Shown here: piece by piece, positions 16,216 to 20,000 of the stretch | Layout: every line of letters starts with the position of its first letter | Numbering within the stretch: position 1 is the first letter of the stretch | Made by a program: the position numbers and the translations under genes | DNA from: an uncultured virus (IMG/VR IMGVR_UViG_3300029267_004181) | Taxonomy: Duplodnaviria; Heunggongvirae; Uroviricota; Caudoviricetes | Reading direction: 5' to 3' (one strand) | DNA: 20,000 nt | IMG/VR virus record: IMGVR_UViG_3300029267_004181 | The notes under the pieces: generated by a model | What the model saw: the letters and a program-made list of their open reading frames with translations, nothing else | The model's database searches: none | What the model was told of the DNA's origin: nothing

Positions 16216-17032
16216 TCTCCGCCTCTGGAGCCTTTTCAGTAGTATCGAGCACGCGAAGGCCCCCTGTTTCCTGAAACACCTCCTGGCTGGCAGGCAGGAA
16301 ACGAGGCTGCATTTCCTCTACGCGCACATCCCTTATCTCCTCGCGTGTAGGCAGATGCAACGTGTGCTCCACCTGCATCGTATGCTTCACGTTGGCCTTG
16401 CGGAAACTCATGTCCGTCACCGGGCAGGTCAGCCGCAAAGCCAATGACCGCTTCAGATCCAAATTCGCAATCTCATTGCGAATAAAGTTCTCTGCATCCG
16501 CAGGCATCTGGCCGTGTGAAAGCGTAGCCCAAAGCACCGGCTCGCCGCCATAAAACGCTGCCAACTTCAGCATATCCGCCTCAGTCAGTTCGTTAAACAG
16601 CGGAGATGGAACGATGAAAGCATGAAAGTATATGCGGTTAGCTGCGTAATCCCGCACATTGAAAAACAGGCGCTCGAACATCGAGATAACCTCGGTATCC
16701 GTTACCTGTATATGATACGCGATCTCGTCACAGCCAACGTCAGCCAGCAGCATGGCTTCGACCAACCAACGTATCCGCTTGTTAGGACCGAACTGCAGGA
16801 TTCTGGCGCCGTGTACGTCCGGCATATCAGCAACCAGACGAGACAGCGCCCGCTTGCTTTTGATCTTGCGGTAGCGTCTGATATACCTACGCGCCCTGAC
16901 CACTTCATCCTTGGTTATAGCATGCCTGCCTATGGCACGCCTCCAACCCCAGTCAGGTGGCCGGAACACGGTGGACGATCCTACATCAAGATCGTCCTGA
17001 GTGATATTAGTCAGAGTACTCACCTTCGTCAT
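16196..17032 (-). CDS. Hypothetical protein with possible helix-turn-helix
   Basis: 278 aa with a basic N-terminus (RPPDWGWRRA...RARRYIRRYRKIK) and an HTH-like stretch EAMLLADVGCDEIAYHIQVTDTEVISMFERLFF. It overlaps both neighbouring genes. Confidence 0.65.
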   Translation of the reverse strand: MTKVSTLTNITQDDLDVGSSTVFRPPDWGWRRAIGRHAITKDEVVRARRYIRRYRKIKSKRALSRLVADMPDVHGARILQFGPNKRIRWLVEAMLLADVGCDEIAYHIQVTDTEVISMFERLFFNVRDYAANRIYFHAFIVPSPLFNELTEADMLKLAAFYGGEPVLWATLSHGQMPADAENFIRNEIANLDLKRSLALRLTCPVTDMSFRKANVKHTMQVEHTLHLPTREEIRDVRVEEMQPRFLPASQEVFQETGGLRVLDTTEKAPEAESESKDG

Positions 17033-19127
17033 CCTGCGGCGGACGCCACTTGCTCTCTCGCAGCTCCAGCACCAACTCGCCTACACGCTTGCTGGCATCC
17101 CGTAAAAGACTCTCCAACTTGGCCGCATCATCGTCACCGTACCGCTCAATGAACGCATCACGATGCCACAGCATCAGCACCAACAGCCTGCACAGACGAT
17201 CCGTGCCGATAATGATCTCGGGCAGCCATTGATTTACGAGCGCCGGCACGTCGAACGCCTGGACCAGCGACGACATGGCCAGAGTATCAAACACCGACTT
17301 TTGACCTTGCTGCGCAGCAGTCGTCATCATGCTCATCAGCTGCTCATCAGGGATGTCGACCGTTTCGATCTGAATGTCGGGATATTCCTCTGGCTGAACG
17401 TCAGACGCATACCCGTAAGACCCGTACTCGTCAGTCGGCACAAGACTGGCGCCGCGCTTAACCAGGTATCTGTGATCACCTTGCTTGGCGATCAGCGTAG
17501 ATGCAAGCTTCACGGGCATGCCGTGGCTTGTTATTAGATGCACCTGCGCGTCTAAAGGCCGCATAACACGGCTGGTTACACCTGCCTCCTTGAATTGAAT
17601 GTCCGTATCACGAACAAACACGTCCAGAGGCATCAGCCTCCAGCCCAGATCACCAGCAGACTTGAACATGTAATCCTGGTATGTACCCAGGCGAAGATCA
17701 GACGACGACGCGGTAAAACACTGTGTATCCCAGTAATCAGCGTACACGGCATCGGCTGTTAGCGTAAAACACGGCAACTTAGGTGTGTCGATCAATACCA
17801 TTCGCTTGGTCGTACCGTCAGCGCGCAAAGTGCCAATCAACCGCTCGGGCGAGGTGTAGTCATTGCGCACCACTTCAGACAGATGACAAGGCTCTAAAAC
17901 CCTGCCGGCCTTGCTTACCAGAACCATAGGCTCAGAATGCGCGCGCTGCAGATCATACGCATCCCAGCGAACAGAAGGCGACAACTTGTCAGGCTCGCGA
18001 GGCGGCGGCTCGCCTTCCGGCACAGGCCTGGCCAGCTCGGTAGGCAACGACTTCACATATTCACGAATGTCGGCCACCTTGCCGGCCACAACAGGCGGAT
18101 CGGACTGCATTCTGTACGCGCCGCGCGCACAATCAACAATCAGCCAGTTACCCGATCTTTCGCCGTCACCTATACTGCTTAGCTGAATCGGACGCACAAC
18201 TATGCAAGGCTTGGTAGACCCGTCCGCCATGATCACGTCATAGACAGCGTCCTCGTTTGCGTGCGCAGCTGTCTGATACTCGTCCACTTCGTATACGGTT
18301 GCCAGGTCATTAGCATCACGATTATCCTGAATCACGACCCCGCGAGTAATCAGCTCTTGCTTGACCGCTTCAGACAGGAAATCGAACGACGGCTTGTCAC
18401 CATCCATACGAGTAGTAGTCCGGATGACCTTCAGCTTCACGTTGGCAGGAAAACCCGCAGACTTAGGGAACCGCATGTCCGCTGCAGGCTCAAAGTCGGC
18501 AGGCTTGTACATGTCGAACAGCGCCTGCTGGTACTTTTCGCTATTCCTAACAAATTTCAGGAAGGATTCCAGGTACGGCGCGCCTGCGGCCTTGAAGAAA
18601 TCCGGCAAGCCGACCCCAGGCTTAACATGAGCCATCTTGACATTGGACAGCATGGGATCCGAAATGTGGGTGAGCTTGGGCTTCTTCTTGAACAGCTGCT
18701 CTTCCTTCTTGTCCTTTATAGCTTCGCCTAACGCCGCCGGCTCCTCCTCGATGAAGTTGATCCACTCCTCTGTCAACGGCACGAACAGGTCGTAATCCCT
18801 GATGTACATGACATCGCCGGTCTGCGCCTTGCCGGACATGTAGAAAATGGGCACAAATACCAGCAGCTGGCCGCCCAGCTTAAACGCTGATACACCGACT
18901 GCCCTGGAACTGTCCTCGCTACGTTCAAGCAATTCGAACGCAACCATTTTGTCCAGCAAGCCGGGCACAGTGTTGTTCAACAAGCCGGCATTCAAGTTGG
19001 CCAGAATGATAGGAAGCTGATCCTCTTGCCCCGCCTGATTCTGGGCAAACTTGATCAGTGCCCGTCTGGCCTCAGAAACAGGATCATCCGCCGAACGAGG
19101 CGGTACAACGCTGCTCGCAAAATTCAT
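17007..19127 (-). CDS. Large hypothetical virion-assembly protein (706 aa)
   Basis: SD AGGAG. Globular N- and C-terminal blocks are separated by K-x-A sites (IKFA, VKMA, FKAA, PKSA, FKSA, VKLA). I cannot name a family. Confidence 0.8.
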   Translation of the reverse strand: MNFASSVVPPRSADDPVSEARRALIKFAQNQAGQEDQLPIILANLNAGLLNNTVPGLLDKMVAFELLERSEDSSRAVGVSAFKLGGQLLVFVPIFYMSGKAQTGDVMYIRDYDLFVPLTEEWINFIEEEPAALGEAIKDKKEEQLFKKKPKLTHISDPMLSNVKMAHVKPGVGLPDFFKAAGAPYLESFLKFVRNSEKYQQALFDMYKPADFEPAADMRFPKSAGFPANVKLKVIRTTTRMDGDKPSFDFLSEAVKQELITRGVVIQDNRDANDLATVYEVDEYQTAAHANEDAVYDVIMADGSTKPCIVVRPIQLSSIGDGERSGNWLIVDCARGAYRMQSDPPVVAGKVADIREYVKSLPTELARPVPEGEPPPREPDKLSPSVRWDAYDLQRAHSEPMVLVSKAGRVLEPCHLSEVVRNDYTSPERLIGTLRADGTTKRMVLIDTPKLPCFTLTADAVYADYWDTQCFTASSSDLRLGTYQDYMFKSAGDLGWRLMPLDVFVRDTDIQFKEAGVTSRVMRPLDAQVHLITSHGMPVKLASTLIAKQGDHRYLVKRGASLVPTDEYGSYGYASDVQPEEYPDIQIETVDIPDEQLMSMMTTAAQQGQKSVFDTLAMSSLVQAFDVPALVNQWLPEIIIGTDRLCRLLVLMLWHRDAFIERYGDDDAAKLESLLRDASKRVGELVLELRESKWRPPQDDEGEYSD

Positions 19128-19166
19128 GGCCGTCTCCTACCTGCTGTAAGTATTCGCACTGACATA

Positions 19167-19195
19167 ACTTTAGCAGAGTCATCCTTCTATTGCAA
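19167..19195 (-). promoter_or_regulatory. Putative sigma70-type promoter
   Basis: The minus strand has TTGCAA-N17-TAAAGT with an extended TGc, in the intergenic gap 40 nt upstream of the 19127 ATG. Confidence 0.55.
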
Positions 19196-19201
19196 TGCGC
19201 C

Positions 19202-19834
19202 TTACTTGCCGCGCAGCCAGTTCGCCAGAATACCGGCTCCTTCCCTGGTTTGCTTCCACCAGGGCACAAGGTGTTTTTCCCTGATCAGATCGGCACCTCT
19301 GCCAACATCCTCTTTCAGCGTGCGGGCTGCACCGCGCCAACTCATACCTCTACGTGCGCGTTGACCCGCCATAGCATCTCTGAAAATACGCCGGCGCAGC
19401 AGATGTTCGTTTCTGCCTAGCTGCCACATACGCTCTTGTACACCTGTTAGGTCTTTCGGCCCTGCTGCTGCCAGGTACTCACGAGCCTTCTGAGCCGGAG
19501 AGTACCCCCTGAACGCCATCGCACCCCTGTATATAGGAGCGAGATCCGGTGCAACCTCCCGCGCTGCGCGCTGGAACTGTGGCCAGCTTGCGCCCGCGGA
19601 CTGGTCTAACGGCGCCTCACCGCCAGCAGCTCGGTATGTAGCCAGTGCCAAACTCTCCGGACCGCTGCGTACACGGCCGTACCGCTGCCTTTGCACGTTA
19701 GCGAAGTACCCCGGCCACAGCATCTGATTGAATATACGCCACTGATCAGGTTTGAATGAAACAGCCGGTACGTCAGGATAGTTCAGGGCGGGCGCTTCCT
19801 GCGCAACCTTGTAAAACGGTTCCATTGATTTCAT
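19202..19834 (-). CDS. Basic Arg/Ala-rich hypothetical protein
   Basis: Start moved to the ATG at 19834, which follows SD GAGGTG. It has an N-terminal FYKVA motif and an Arg-rich C-terminal half. Confidence 0.7.
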   Translation of the reverse strand: MKSMEPFYKVAQEAPALNYPDVPAVSFKPDQWRIFNQMLWPGYFANVQRQRYGRVRSGPESLALATYRAAGGEAPLDQSAGASWPQFQRAAREVAPDLAPIYRGAMAFRGYSPAQKAREYLAAAGPKDLTGVQERMWQLGRNEHLLRRRIFRDAMAGQRARRGMSWRGAARTLKEDVGRGADLIREKHLVPWWKQTREGAGILANWLRGK

Positions 19835-19844
19835 GCTGCCCACC

Positions 19845-20000
19845 TCACATGGGCGGACCAGCAAACGAATACGCAGGCGCAGCTTGTAAATACTGCCTGC
19901 CAAACGAGTCCCAAAACCCTTTTGGTTTTACAGCCGCCGCACGGCGAGCCTGCTCTATCATGCTTCTATCCAGCTTCTGATGAACCGGTGAACGTTCCCT
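19845..20000 (-). CDS. Partial (3' end) hypothetical protein
   Basis: My translation is open from the window edge: RERSPVHQKLDRSMIEQARRAAAVKPKGFWDSFGRQYLQAAPAYSFAGPPM*. The TGA overlaps the SD of the next gene. Confidence 0.5.
   Translation of the reverse strand, partial: RERSPVHQKLDRSMIEQARRAAAVKPKGFWDSFGRQYLQAAPAYSFAGPPM

Overview
The window is a compact, entirely minus-strand virion-morphogenesis cluster of a tailed (HK97-lineage) bacteriophage, probably a large uncultured one. In transcription order (right to left) it holds several uncharacterised, probably head-internal proteins rich in K-x-A motifs, a prohead protease with a zinc-ribbon-like motif, an acidic scaffold, a decoration-like protein, the major capsid protein, two tandem paralogs with poly-Ser tails, a ~1515-aa mosaic fibre, a TM/coiled-coil protein, a neck/adaptor-like protein and small glycine-zipper membrane proteins. 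No portal, terminase, tail tube/sheath, integrase, RNA gene or CRISPR array is recognisable. Three features stand out. (1) Independently encoded poly-serine tracts occur in five predicted outer-virion proteins, three of which end in (Ser)n-Gly-stop, suggesting a virion surface-modification system. (2) A complementary set of proteins carries K-x-A motifs, which may be protease processing sites. (3) The fibre has a duplicated beta-helix module. All product calls come from motif and synteny recognition without database searches.
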